Shown one piece after another: positions 26,695-39,511 of a stretch of DNA of 64,000 nt; position 1 is the first letter of the stretch; each line of letters begins with the position of its first letter. Both the position numbers and the translations under genes were made by a program. The DNA comes from Narcine bancroftii (Eukaryota): positions 28,520,001-28,584,000 of the forward strand of contig NC_091473.1 of assembly GCF_036971445.1 (NCBI RefSeq). The letters are read 5' to 3'. The notes under the pieces were generated by a model. The model saw only the letters and a list, made by a program, of their open reading frames with translations. It did no database searches and was not told where the DNA came from.

Positions 26695-28527
26695 GCTGAG
26701 CGATTTTTATGGTTAGTCATATAATATATATATTCTATTTATCACAGTACTTGCTTGTCTATACTACTTTACACCATCATTTAATTTCTAATATTTTTTA
26801 ATTTACTAAGAAGTTCCTCAGAAGAGCACCCATAATTATGGTCTTATTCACATCTCTGTATCAGTCCTACTAAGGACTTCTTAAATAAGGTTAAGATTAG
26901 AATGTAAACTGCCTTGTCTTATAGAATATTGAAGGCCAATGCAGGGCCACGATGTTGTGCTGACTGATAGAAACCTACTTAACCAACTAAATCTTCCCTG
27001 ACTTACACCCATAACCCTCTATTTTTCTTGTATCCATGTGCCTGTCTAAGAGTATTTTCTCTAAAAGTGCCTATTATACCAGTCTCCAACAGCATCCACT
27101 GAACTGTGCAAAAAACCAAATCCTGACTTCTCTAAATTTCCCTCTGTTCACCATGTACAGATGTTCTCTGGTGTTTGCTACGCTTGCCCCTTTATCTTTG
27201 CCATACATGTACACTATTTGACTGGCTAATTTTCTCCAGCTTTGTGTTTTTACTTGGGACATCATAATTCAGCTGTACAAGGTCTTGGTGACAGTCCATT
27301 TTTGGCGCAGTTCTTTTCTTTAATGTATCAATAAATTGAGATGATTCACATGGATGTTTCCAGGACTGGAGGGGTCAAGTTAAGATTCAAAATTCTTTTA
27401 TTGTCATGTAATGAAACAAAAAAAATGTAATATGGCACAAAATATCCTTTAGGCTGCCATAAGGCAGATAAAGAGACGCTATTAGTATTGCCCATGCCCC
27501 TTACAATATGAGAAAGAGATGCAAAGGAATGTCCCTTCAAATTCACTGCGTGTCCATGAATTTTCCTCCAGTACAAAGTTAAAGGAAGTGATTGGAGGCA
27601 CTGAGATTTAATTCCCTGGAACACAGGAGGCTAAGGGGTGATCATATCGTGAGACATGGATAAAATTAACACTCTTGGTCTTTTCCCATGGCAGATGATT
27701 CTGGAAGGAGAGAGCACATGTTTAATGTGAGAGAGGAAGATTTAAGATAGAAAAAATGAGCGATTTTTCACTAAGGATAGTCTGAATCTATATAAAGTAC
27801 ATAAAATCCAAAAAAAAAAATGGTTGTGCGGATATATCGATAGGAAGCATTAAAAAGATTTGCTCCAAATCCAGGCAAATGGGATGAACACAGATTATTA
27901 ATGCAGTTCGTCAAAAGTCCATGTTGATGTACGTAGGGCTACATTTTACCAAGATGATTAACAGCGCAGCAGTAATACTCACAATTATTTGTGCACAATG
28001 TAGACTGCAGCAGCGACAAGGCAGAACTCGCAGGTATATTGTGAACACATAAATTTCTGTTTGATCTGGATAAAAATTGATGGTTCAGGTTCTAATCCAG
28101 AAACCTTCGTGCAAAATCTAAGACCATTCTCAAATGCTGGCAAAGTCCTGCAACGTCTGACATGCCATTTCTTAGATGAGATTGTAAACCATGGACCTGA
28201 CTACGTTCTCAATTAAGTTTTTTTTTCCCCCGAATCTTAGAAAACACAAATGTAAGACACGTCATTATCAGTGATTACTCTTTTAAAACACATTTCGAAA
28301 AACAGACGTAACATAATCAGACGACCATCCTGGAAGATGAAATGGCAGATTATTTGAAGAATGGGCTGCCGGAGGATGCAAAGCAACTTGATTAAATGAA
28401 GCCACATAAGCAATGATAACATGCTTATCTAAAATTAATGCATGCACCATTTAATAGACAGCATGTTTTCAAATCTGTTCATCAAAGTAGATTCAAACAG
28501 CACTTGCTTTTTGATCCAGACACTCAC

Positions 28528-28720
28528 ACTGCTTTCAAACTGTTGGTGGAGTGCATCTTCAGCAAAAATGTGGAATTTTATCTTGTAGATACTGAAAAGT
28601 ATAGCTGACTTCATCATTGTCATTGCCTCTTCAAGTCGATCCCCACAGGCCACCACTGCTAAGTGCACCCATTCTTCTCCTTTCCACTTGTGGAGGTGAA
28701 ATATTGGTTCATGAAAATCC
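28528..28720 (-). CDS. GXYLT2: GXYLT2 exon 2, DFHE...WVHLAVVACGDRLEE...FHIFAEDALHQQFESS
   Basis: tttctgtag|G acceptor, |gtgagt donor; HLAVVACG motif of GXYLT1/2. Confidence 0.96.
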
Positions 28721-29419
28721 CTACAGAAAAACAAAATGTCCAATAATTAAAATTTGTAGTTTTAATTTAAACATTGTTGTTCTTTTTTGCTTTGTTTATT
28801 TGCTGTCTTCTCACTGCCACACAAGGCAATCTTTGTTGCCACATCTAAATGTTCTCTGAAATCTCCGAACAACTGTTACGTAGACAAGAGTCCCAACCAC
28901 ATCAAAAAGATAAAAGGTTTATGTGCATGCTTTTTATATTCAGGTTTTTCTGAATTTTATCTTATTTGTAACATTGCAAGGTGAAGGATAACATGCAAAG
29001 TATTCAGTGGTGGTGATTACCCAGGTGTAAGTTGATGGCTGTGTAGTCAACATGATCTTCTTAGATGATTAAACACTACTCCTGGATGGTGGTAATTCAG
29101 CCCAAAATGCCTGTGAGGAAGTTCTAATTATTAATCTTTCAAATTGTCCTGTAATTTTTACCACTGCACACATAATTTTGAGTTATGAATGAATGTTTCC
29201 ACCATTCAAAGCATTTCAGATCATTAAAAGCTCAGCACAACTGTTTTATCTCAGCCTCTTCTTTTCTAATTGGTCTTACTGCGGCATCTTCCACTTACAG
29301 TATTTCTGCCAATGGAAACAATTGCTCCTAAATTACTCAGTCCACAAATCATGATTTTGAGCACCTCTACTAAATCTCCCGTTAACCTCTCTAACTCGAT
29401 TAATCGTAGTTTTGCAATA

Positions 29420-30150
29420 CTCAACGTAACAACTTGATTATTGACTTCAGGAAGGGGAATCCAGTGATCACTGGGGGAATCAGAGGTGGAGAGGGTGAAC
29501 AAATTTAAGTTCTTGGGAGTCACCATCTCGGAGGATCGTTCCTCAGTCCAACACATTAATGGCATCATGAAGAAAGCACGTTAACACTTCTACTTCCTCA
29601 GGAACTTGCATAGATTTAATATGACATTGGAAAATCCGGCCAAATTTTCCTGATATCCGATTGAAAGTGTGCTGACTGGCTGGTATGGGGACATCAATAC
29701 CCTGAGAGCAGAGCCCTGCAAAAGGTAGTGGACGCAGCCCAGGACATCACAAGCAAAACCCTCCCTACCATCGAGAACATCAACAGGGAACGTTAGCGTT
29801 GGGAGAGCAGCAGCAATCATCACCTCCCAGCGCTCACTCTGTTCTCACTGGTACCATCAGGAAAGAGGTAATAGGTACCAGAAGACTCACACTACCAGGT
29901 TTAGGAACAGTTGCTATCCCTCCACCAGCAGACTCCTCAACAATAAACTCAATCAGAGACTACTTTTGCACTTTATTGATATATTCTTCCTTTCTGAATT
30001 GCACAGTATGCTTACATTTCTTTATTTGTTTACATGTGTATTTTTTTCTTGCACTACCAATAGGTGATAATTCTACCTCGCCCGCAGGAAAAAGAATCTC
30101 AGGGTTCCAAGTGCCATGTATGTTTCCTGACAATAAATCAGAAATCTAAT
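29420..30150 (+). mobile_element. Rex1-like LINE 3' fragment
   Basis: EVERVNKFKFLGVTISED; same 3'UTR and tail as the 9470-12447 element. Confidence 0.8.
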
Positions 30151-32454
30151 CGAACAATGAAGCATTTAGTACTTATTTTGCTCACTATTGTGTCATCTGT
30201 TTTCTTGCTGCTGGTTTCAGTCAGCTCTATGAAATCCATTGCTCCATTAGCTTCATGCCACATACAGAATGTAATTCAGGATTTTATCTTAATATAAATG
30301 CAAAAGGTATATAATGTTCTTTTTTTTTTCCATTTGAACTGCAAACAAAATCTCCAGCAATGTTTCTGATGTCTCCGCGCAGTTTAACAGTAACAAATTA
30401 AGAGTGAAATAAATGCCAATAAACTAAATCCTCATGATCTGTGAGAGATGGGGGACAGAGTCTTTTTGGAGATTACAAAAAAGGCACAATACCAGTAAAC
30501 CTTCTGGCATTGATCCTTTTATAGATATAACAAATTCTGAGTATTTGTTCCTTGAATGACCTTACCTGCACGAGTATGTGTTCCAGCTTTCTTGCTTCCA
30601 CAAGAACAAATTTAGAGCCTGGGGCCGACGTAAAATGCGTGGATCTATGTACAAGTAAATCAGTGAATAATGACTTGGTGTACTTGATCACCCATTTCAG
30701 GTGAATAAGCAGTCAATTAGTGCCAGGAACTTTGGAATGTTGGAAGGTTATAAAGTGCACAAGCCACTAAAGACCAGTGTAGAAAATGCAGCAAATGATT
30801 TTGAAGGAAAATATTATGCTGGTCTTTATCACAAGATAATTTAAGGAGTGAGGAAGTCTTGATGCATTTTACATTTTATAAATATGGTGGCTTTGTGTGC
30901 ACTTCTGGGGCACAATCAATCTTTGAACAGTGCTTCACTTGTCACGTACAGCAAAAGCTCTGTGTGAGCCACACATAAAATCACATCTGAATGACAAGAA
31001 TCTCCACTCTCAGCTATCGAAAGGGATCCTTAATTATTGAGAATTGAGTTTGGAAGATACCATATTTTACCTTGTAGATACTGAAAAGTATAGCTGTGAT
31101 TTTATAGTCCTGAAGACTCTCAGAGGAATTTAGAAATTAGAATTATTTACAGAAGGGTTTAAAGGCTTTGAAATTAAAGGCCGAAGGACAAGGAAGAAAA
31201 TGGCCCAGATCTCGGTGCCTTTTTCCTTCAGATTCTTCTTAGGACAATACACCAACTCCATCTGTTCAAGAACCAATGTGTTTCGAGACAAATATCTTCA
31301 ACAGACTTGGACAGAGATCCGCCATTGGCTGCAGGCAAACCTCCAATTATAGGTCCAAGCCTAAACTATTTAACTGCAGAAATAAAAGTCCCAGTGCTCT
31401 TTCCAAATGGTGGCAGACGATTTATGTCACTTCATGCAGTGTGCTATGTAACATGATGGAAACTTTTGCTCAGAGGTAGAGGAAGTCATCGCTGTCTGTA
31501 CAGACATTTAAACAGCGCAGACACAGGTTTTCCTATACAGCTCCTGAATCTGAGGGAGTTGGCAGACAACACACATGTGGGATTGTGGTTCACAAATGCA
31601 AATTACAACTTGTTTTGAAACAGAGGCACATATCTCTTCCTGAACATGCAACTTGTGTCTGACCACCATTAAAAGTCAAACCAACAAATCACGAGCCCAG
31701 GAACCGTGCATTATTCCTTCATTTTAAGGGAGTCTGTTGAGACCATTCTATCAGGTGTATGTTGATAAATGGTGCTTGGGAAACCAGCGATAGTCCTCAC
31801 ATTCCAAGGCTTTACACTCCAGTGAAGGCTCCAGAAAGGTTGGTGACTGTGGCTAAAAAGGAACATGCATGGGCACTTGGAACTTCGTGGAGTCAAGCAT
31901 CCTGATCCTCAAGTAAAAAAATTTTGGTACGTAACCAATCGGGGCCAATCCTGTGAAACACACGAGATGATTTTCCAGGCCACTGTCCTTAACAGCAGCA
32001 CAGTTGCAGCTGTACAATAGAGCAGGAGGATATGAGAGGAACAAGAAAAAATGTGGAGGAACAGAGAATACAAATGTGTTTTGTGCAGATTAATTGGATA
32101 GCATGGAGATCTTAAATCCATGTAAAACCTGCAGTTCAAAGCAACTTAAAAATCTGTTGTTCACAAAGCAAATCCACAGGATCTGAAGAAAACAAGCTCA
32201 GGCATTCCAAAATGATTTACAGTTAGTTAACTACTATTGAATTTGCAAGCCAACCTAGCCATAACAAAAGACCTCACAAACCAGAATGAGGCAAGTCATT
32301 ATGATCTTCTATTTTTAGTTTTGGTTGAAGAGTGATTGTGGGGTAGGACTTGGACCACTCAGAGTAGTTTTCTTCAAGTCAAAGTTGAGATTTATTGTTA
32401 GAATACATACATGGCATCATATACAGCCCAAGTTTCTTCTTCATAAGTGCAATG

Positions 32455-33457
32455 TGATTGTTCAAGTTTATTGTCATCCATACAATGCAACAAAATAGCA
32501 CACCTCTATCTGGCCGCAACTACTGCACAAACACAGACACACAGTACACCCTATACACAAATGACATATATACATAGTGATCCAAAATAAATATATATAA
32601 AAATGTATAGGTTTCTAGGATTGTTCAACACTTCTCACCACCTGCGGGAAGAAGCTGTTTCCCAATCTGGCAGTCCTAGTTATAATGCTCCTCTCCTGTA
32701 CCTCTTCCTTGAATGTAGTGTCTCAAAAGCTCTGCGGACTGGGTGATTCGCGCGTGGATCCTTCTTTAAGCACCATTCCTTTTAGATATTGTCAATAGAG
32801 GAAAGGGAGACCCCAGTGATCTTTTCAGCAGTTTTAATCAATCTCCATACTAACTTCTGATCTGATGCTTTTTTGCTACCACATCACACCAGAGTGATTA
32901 CTCTCTATTGTGCTAGTGTAGAACATTGTTAAGATGGTGGCCTTGCCACCCTCAACTTTCTTAGGATGTGTAGGCACTGCTGCGCCTTCCTGACTAATGA
33001 GGAAGTGTTGTGTGTTCAGGATAAGTTGCCCTTTAAATGGATGCCAAGGAATTTTGTACTCTGCGCTTTCTCTATGTCGAGCCCAATGATTATGTAGTGG
33101 GGAATGGTCGTTCATCCTCCTAAATCCACAATAATCCCAGTGGGAATGGTTTTTTCACCAGCCTCTGAGGTTTGATTGTGTTGAAAACCAAGTTGGTCAA
33201 GGAACAATATCCTGGCACATGAAGCATTTTTCTTTAGGTGGGTCAGGACAGAGTGGAGGGTCAGGGCTATTACATCGTCTGTGAGTCGGTTTGGCTGAGA
33301 GGCAAACTAGAATGGATTCAATGTTGCTGGTAGGTGCTCTTTTGATGTGCTCCAATACTAGTCACTTCATGATCGTGGAGGTCAGTGCCACTGGATGGGA
33401 ATTATTTAGTCCAGCACTCTTGGCACACAATGTTGACACACATTTCATTGTCTGATC
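32455..33457 (-). mobile_element. Rex1-like LINE fragment (another subfamily)
   Basis: Minus-strand ILTMFYTSTIES and RNSFFP-like motifs; 3' tail near 32460. Confidence 0.6.
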
Positions 33458-33995
33458 CAGTGATTCTCAACCTTTTTCTTTCCACTCACATCTTTGGCTT
33501 GGCTTCGCGGACAAAGATTTATGGAGGGGGTAAAAGTCCACGTCAGCTGCAGGCTCGTTTGTGGCTGACAAGTCCGATGCGGGACAGGCAGGCACGGTTG
33601 CAGCGGCTGCAGGGGAAAATTGGTTGGTTGGGGTTGGGTGTTGGGTTTTTCCTCCTTTGCCTTTTGTCAGTGAGGTGGGCTCACATACCACTTTAAGTAA
33701 TCCCTACACCAATGGTACTCTGTGATAGGTGGGATGTGAGTGGGAAGGGAAGGTTGAGAACCACTGCTCTTCACCCTATTGTTACTGAAATATTTTGCAA
33801 GAGAATAATTGTCATTGGCCTATTTCCTTTGGAATTTTGAAATGGTGCACATAACAAGTCAATTAGGTACGATTAAAACAATGGTTTTCAAACTTTTTCC
33901 TTCCACCTACATACCACCTTAAGCAATTCCTTACTATGGCATACAGAATACTTAAAGTGGTATGTGAGTGGAAAGAAAAAGGTTGAGAACCACTG
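33458..33995. mobile_element. hAT-like composite MITE with CAGTG...CACTG termini and internal TIR copies
   Basis: CAGTGATTCTCAACCTTTTTCTTTCCACTCACAT versus ATGTGAGTGGAAAGAAAAAGGTTGAGAACCACTG; extra TIRs near 33750-33766 and 33880; no clear TSD. Confidence 0.7.
33492..33679 (-). mobile_element. Short RTE 3' fragment inserted inside the MITE
   Basis: Near identical to the RTE 3' end at 24211; flanked by CTCACAT duplication. Confidence 0.9.
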
Positions 33996-34704
33996 TGATA
34001 GAGCCTAGGACAATCATATGTGACATATATACAATGCCAAAACCTGCAAGGTCCTATGCCCTGATAAACATGGAATCAAAAGAAAGTAAATCTCAAAGGA
34101 CAGCATTCCCTCATTTCTGCACTGAAGTGCCACCCTGGTTGTTGTCCTTTGCACTTGAACTCAAGTCCTCCTGTCTCAAAAGCAAGTGCGTCACCACCGA
34201 AAGAGACCAAAACCCAGTGCTCAATGTAATATATGTCGTAACAGCTGGATGCGGACCCTCCATTGGATGTTTACTAAGAAATTTATAATTGTTTTTCCAA
34301 AGAAGCTGGTTTCAACTTCAAACCAGAACAAGACAACATCTGGGCAGCAGTTCCACAGTACTCCATGTCCTGTCTGGCAGGCAGCTTCCATGCTGTGGAA
34401 ATGGTGAAGCATCCATAAAATATTTAGCAAGACCCCAGTTCAATACTGTGACAAGAATACTAATATTTTGGACAGTACTGAAAATGCTTTCTAAGTGCAG
34501 TCAGTACATCTTAAAATTATTTTGATGCAATCGTATGTGACATATATACAATGCCAAAACCTGCAAGGTCTTATGCCCTGATAAACATGGAATCATACAG
34601 CATGGAAAGGGTCTTCAGCCCAACTTGTCCTTGTGGGCTCAAGATGCCATTCTGGGTAAGTGCTATTTGCCTACATTTGACCTTGCCCTCCACTCTCTCC
34701 ATGC

Positions 34705-36078
34705 TAATCCTAACCTCACCATCAAACCCGCAGACAAGGGTGGAGTTGTTGTGGACTGGCACATTGACCTATATCTGGCCGTAACTAGATAACAACTCTC
34801 GGACACCTCCTCTTAACTTACTCTCCAACAAGACCCTACTACAACTCATCACACACTAACTCTGATCTTGTCACTTCCAGTCATCTACTTTGCAGTCTCC
34901 AACCTCATTATTTTGCCAATTCCACGCTGCCCAGTTTTACCTCCAGCCTAAAAGCCATAAACATAATTATCCCGCTTGATCTTGCCCCACCAAACAGGTA
35001 TTCACTGACTTTTACTCTGTTTTGTCTCCCTTGGACCAGTTCCTGCCCAAATACATCCGTGATATTTCATATGCCCTTCATTGCTTCTACAACTTTCAGT
35101 TCCCTGACATTGAATGGTTCATCTTTCGCATGGATATCCAATCCCCTATACTGAAGGCCTCAAAACCCTTTGTTTCCTTCCCAATAGACACAACCAGCCC
35201 CACTCCACCACCTCCCTCCTCTGGCTGGCAGAACTTCAATAACTTCTCCTTTGACTCATCCCACTTTCTCCAAGTCAAGGATAGCCCTGAGTACTTGCAT
35301 GGGCTGCCTTTTTGATGGCTACATAGAGCAATCTATCCTACAAGGCTACATCAACAATTACATTGGTGCTGAAGATACACTCGTGAGGAGCTATTTGACT
35401 TTATCCACTTTGTTATATTCTTATATTCACTTGGTTCATCTCGAGCAACATTTTTTAAATTTCTCTATCTCCATCTCGGGAGACAAATCTGCGACAGACA
35501 TCTTCTACAAATCCTCTATCTACATCTACACCTCCTCATATCCTGTCACTGTAAGGATTCCATTCCTTTCAATTCCTCAGCCTCATCTGATCCTAGGTCA
35601 AGGACTTCCATCCAGATCATCCGAGATGTCCTCCTTCTTCAAAAATTGTGGCTTCCCCTCAACCACCATCAACTCGGCTCCCATCCACATATCCTCCATT
35701 ACCTGCACATCAGCCCATGGACTCAATCACTGCCAGATTGAGACCATCTACAAATTAGAGGAACAACACCTCATATTCTGTCTGGACACCCTCCAACTGG
35801 ATGGCATTAACATTGACCTCTCTGGTTTTTCTCTCTGTCTCTCTCTCTCTCTTCCCTTTTTGTTCTGCATTCATGTCAAAAATCCCCCAATCTATTCTCA
35901 CATTTCCTTTCTCCTGTCCTTCCATCCATATCCAAATAACAAAGGTTATCCCTTTGCCCTTTTAACTCAGACATCTATCTGCTTTTTACCCATATCTTGA
36001 AGAAAGGCTCAGGCCGAAATCTCGGTTACTATGGATGCTGCGTGACCTGCTGAGTTCCAGCAGCATTTCTGTGTTTTC
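34705..36078 (+). mobile_element. Penelope-like element remnant (RT plus GIY-YIG tail)
   Basis: KPADKG, YIRD, NNFSFDSSHFLQ and KLEEQHLIFCLDTLQLDGINID motifs; hammerhead-like 3' terminus. Confidence 0.75.
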
Positions 36079-36579
36079 GCCAGTAAGAAATGGTTTGCTG
36101 GCAGATCTATTCATCCTCAGTCGACCTGTGGCCTGAGCTGCCAGCTAGCTGCCTATTTAATTCAGGGCAATCTGCCAGAGACAGTAACTGGGCAGCCTTG
36201 CAGCAGTGAACTGATTACTTCTGGGCATTATTTTATTTCAATCTTCAGTTTCTCTCCAGGCAAGCTCTGAACAATGTGAAAGTCCACGGCCCACTGAGTT
36301 GGCGGGAGAATGTAGCAACGTATCCCGAGCACTGCTGCTACACCCCGCAGTTACTGACACAAACGGACGTGATAAACATGCAGATATAAGGGAAGAGTAT
36401 TTCTTTTAAAAAGTTGAATCATCCAGGATACTTTTTTTCCCTCCCCTTGCAGACTGGAGGGGAGGTGATACTTTCACTAGATACTTTCAGATTTGCTCTC
36501 GACTTCGTGCTGCTTCTGATGCCGACCCCTCCACCGCCGAACGACCTCGAGCGAACCACGCTTGAAGTCACCCTCTTAC

Positions 36580-36827
36580 CTGTCGCGCACTGGCTTTTGG
36601 CGCTTTTTTGTCAAGCGATGTGGCTGCTGCTTTAAAATCGGCCGAGGCGGCGAACGGACAACGGTGGGGTGGCGCGCAACCAGGCGCCCCTGAACTCCTT
36701 GCACGACCCGCCCGTCGTCTCCCGGAGGCGGGGGCTCTCCAGCCGACATGCCGAGCAGCAGATCGAGCAATAGGCGGCCACCCAGCAGGCAGCCGACCAC
36801 TACAGCGATTTTGCAGTAAAGTTTCAT
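36580..36827 (-). CDS. GXYLT2: GXYLT2 exon 1 (type II membrane anchor and stem), MKLYCKIAVVVGCLL...KPVRDR
   Basis: ATG at 36827 in a CpG-rich patch; AG|gtaag donor in phase 2, matching exon 2; hydrophobic N-terminus followed by Pro/Arg-rich stem. Confidence 0.85.
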
Positions 36828-37358
36828 TGTGTGACTTCCCACCATCGGGCTGACAAGATCCGCTCCCTCTCGCACTCACGTCATTTGCTCTGCACTTTGT
36901 TGCCGTAAAATTATTCATACTTTGTCGGAAATTAATGCCAGATTTGTCATTTTTTCTCTCCAGTTTACTTATGCAGCACTAATATCTACCTCCCCACTGC
37001 AAGACGCAACGCTATCGTTCCCCAAAGAGGAAAGAGGACCACGTAACATTTAACCCTTTGTGTAATTTTAGTCAGTGGGCATTATGTCAGCGAGTTTCTA
37101 TAATATGCAGATCAAAAATGACAAATGTAACATTTGCATTGGGGGTCGAGATATTTGTTTGATTTTCAGGTTTGGCGTCTCATTTCCCTCTGCTTGAAAA
37201 CTAAAACGCACATTTGTAACGATGAATGGGAAAGTTTACAATTTGTGTAAAAAGGGCAAAACTTTAGATTCTCAAGTGCCACCATCGACTGGTTTCTTAA
37301 GATTGAATGAGACTTTACAATAAGGCAATGGTCATTCTTAGCGCTGCATTAGTATTTA

Positions 37359-39511
37359 TTTCTTATTTTCTTCTTTGGCTTGGCTCGCGGACGAAGATTT
37401 ATGGAGGGGGTAAAAGTCCACGTCAGCTGCAGGCTCGTTTGTGGCTGACAAGTCCGATGCGGGACAGGCAGACACGGTTGCAGCGGCTGCAGGGAAAAAT
37501 TGGTGGGTTGGGGTTGGGTGTTGGGTTTTTCCTCCTTTGCCTTTTGTCAGTGAGGTGGGCTCTGCGCTCTTCTTCAAAGGAGGTTGCTGCCCACCGAACT
37601 GTGAGGCGCCAAGATGCACGGTGGGAGGCGAGATCAGCCCACTGGCGGTGGTCAATGTGGCAGGCACCAAGAGATTTCTTTAGGCAGTCCTTGTACCTTT
37701 TCTTTGGTGCACCTCTGTCACGGTGGCCAGTGGAGAGCTCGCCATATAACACGATCTTGGGAAGGCGATGGTCCTCCATTCTGGAGACGTGACCCACCCA
37801 GCGCAGCTGGATCTTCAGCAGCGTGGACTCGATGCTGTCGACCTCTGCCATCTCGAGTACTTCGACGTTAGGGATGAAAGCGCTCCAATGGATGTTGAGG
37901 ATGGAGCGGAGACAACGCTGGTGGAAGCGTTCTAGGAGCCGTAGGTGATGCCGGTAGAGGACCCATGATTCGGAGCCGAACAGGAGTGTGGGTATGACAA
38001 CGGCTCTGTATACGCTTATCTTTGTGAGGTTTTTCAGTTGGTTGTTTTTCCAGACTCTTTTGTGTAGTCTTCCAAAGGTGCTATTTGCCTTGGCGAGTCT
38101 GTTGTCTATCTCATTGTCGATCCTTGCATCTGATGAAATGGTGCAGCCGAGATAGGTAAACTGGTTGACCGTTTTGAGTTTTGTGTGCCCGATGGAGATG
38201 TGGGGGGGCTGGTAGTCATGGTGGGGAGCTGGCTGATGGAGGACCTCAGTTTTCTTCAGGCTGACTTCCAGGCCAAACATTTTGGCAGTTTCCGCAAAGC
38301 AGGACGTCAAGCGCTGAAGAGCTGGCTCTGAATGGGCAACTAAAGCGGCATCGTCTGCAAAGAGTAGTTCACGGACAAGTTTCTCTTGTGTCTTGGTGTG
38401 AGCTTGCAGGCGCCTCAGATTGAAGAGACTGCCATCCGTGCGGTACCGGATGTAAACAGCGTCTTCATTGTTGAGGTCTTTCATGGCTTGGTTCAGCATC
38501 ATGCTGAAGAAGATTGAAAAGAGGGTTGGTGCGAGAACACAGCCTTGCTTCACGCCATTGTTAATGGAGAAGGGTTCAGAGAGCTCATTGCTGTATCTGA
38601 CCCGACCTTGTTGGTTTTCGTGCAGTTGGATAATCATGTTGAGGAACTTTGGGGGACATCCGATGCGCTCTAGTATTTGCCAAAGCCCTTTCCTGCTCAC
38701 GGTGTCGAAGGCTTTGGTGAGGTCAACAAGGGTGATGTAGAGTCCTTTGTTTTGTTCTCTGCACTTTTCTTGGAGCTGAGGGCAAAGACCATGTCAGTAG
38801 TTCCTCTGTTTGCGCGAAAGCCGCACTGTGATTCTGGGAGAATATTCTCGGCGACACTAGGTATTATTCTATTTAGTAGAATCCTAGCGAAGATTTTGCC
38901 TGCAATGGAGAGCAGCGTGATTCCCCTGTAGTTTGAGCAGTCTGATTTCTTGCCTTTGTTTTTGCATAGGGAGATGATGGTGGCATCACGAAGGTCCTGA
39001 GGCAGTTTTCCTTGGTCCCAACAAAGCTTGAAAAACTCATGCAGTTTGGCATGCAGAGTTTTGCCGCCAGCCTTCCAGACCTCTGGGGGGGATTCCATCC
39101 ATACCTGCTGCTTTGCCACTTTTCAGTTATTCGATTGCCTTATATGTCTCATCCTGGGTGATGACCTCATCCAGCTCTAGCCTTAGGGGCTGTTGAGGGA
39201 GCTGGAGCAGGGCGGAATCTTGGACTGAGCGGTTGGCACTGAAAAGAGATTGGAAGTGTTCTGACCATCGGTTGAGGATGGAGATCTTGTCGCTGAGGAG
39301 GACTTTGCCGTCTAAGCTGCGCAGCGGGCTTTGGACTTGGGGTGAGGGGCCGTACACAGCCTTTAGAGCCTCGTAGAAACCCCTGAAGTCGCCAATGTCC
39401 GCGCTGAGCTGGGTTCGTTTGGCGAGGCTAGTCCACCACTCATTTTGGATCTCCCGGAGTTTGCGCTGAAGATGGCTGCATGCGCGACGGAAGGCTTGTT
39501 TCTTCTCTGGA
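37359..39511 (-). mobile_element. Young RTE-clade LINE, 5'-truncated, about 530 bp upstream of the GXYLT2 ATG
   Basis: 425-aa RT ORF nearly identical to the 24211-26694 copy; C-terminal CxxC...HxxxC; AAAG-type tail. Confidence 0.96.
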
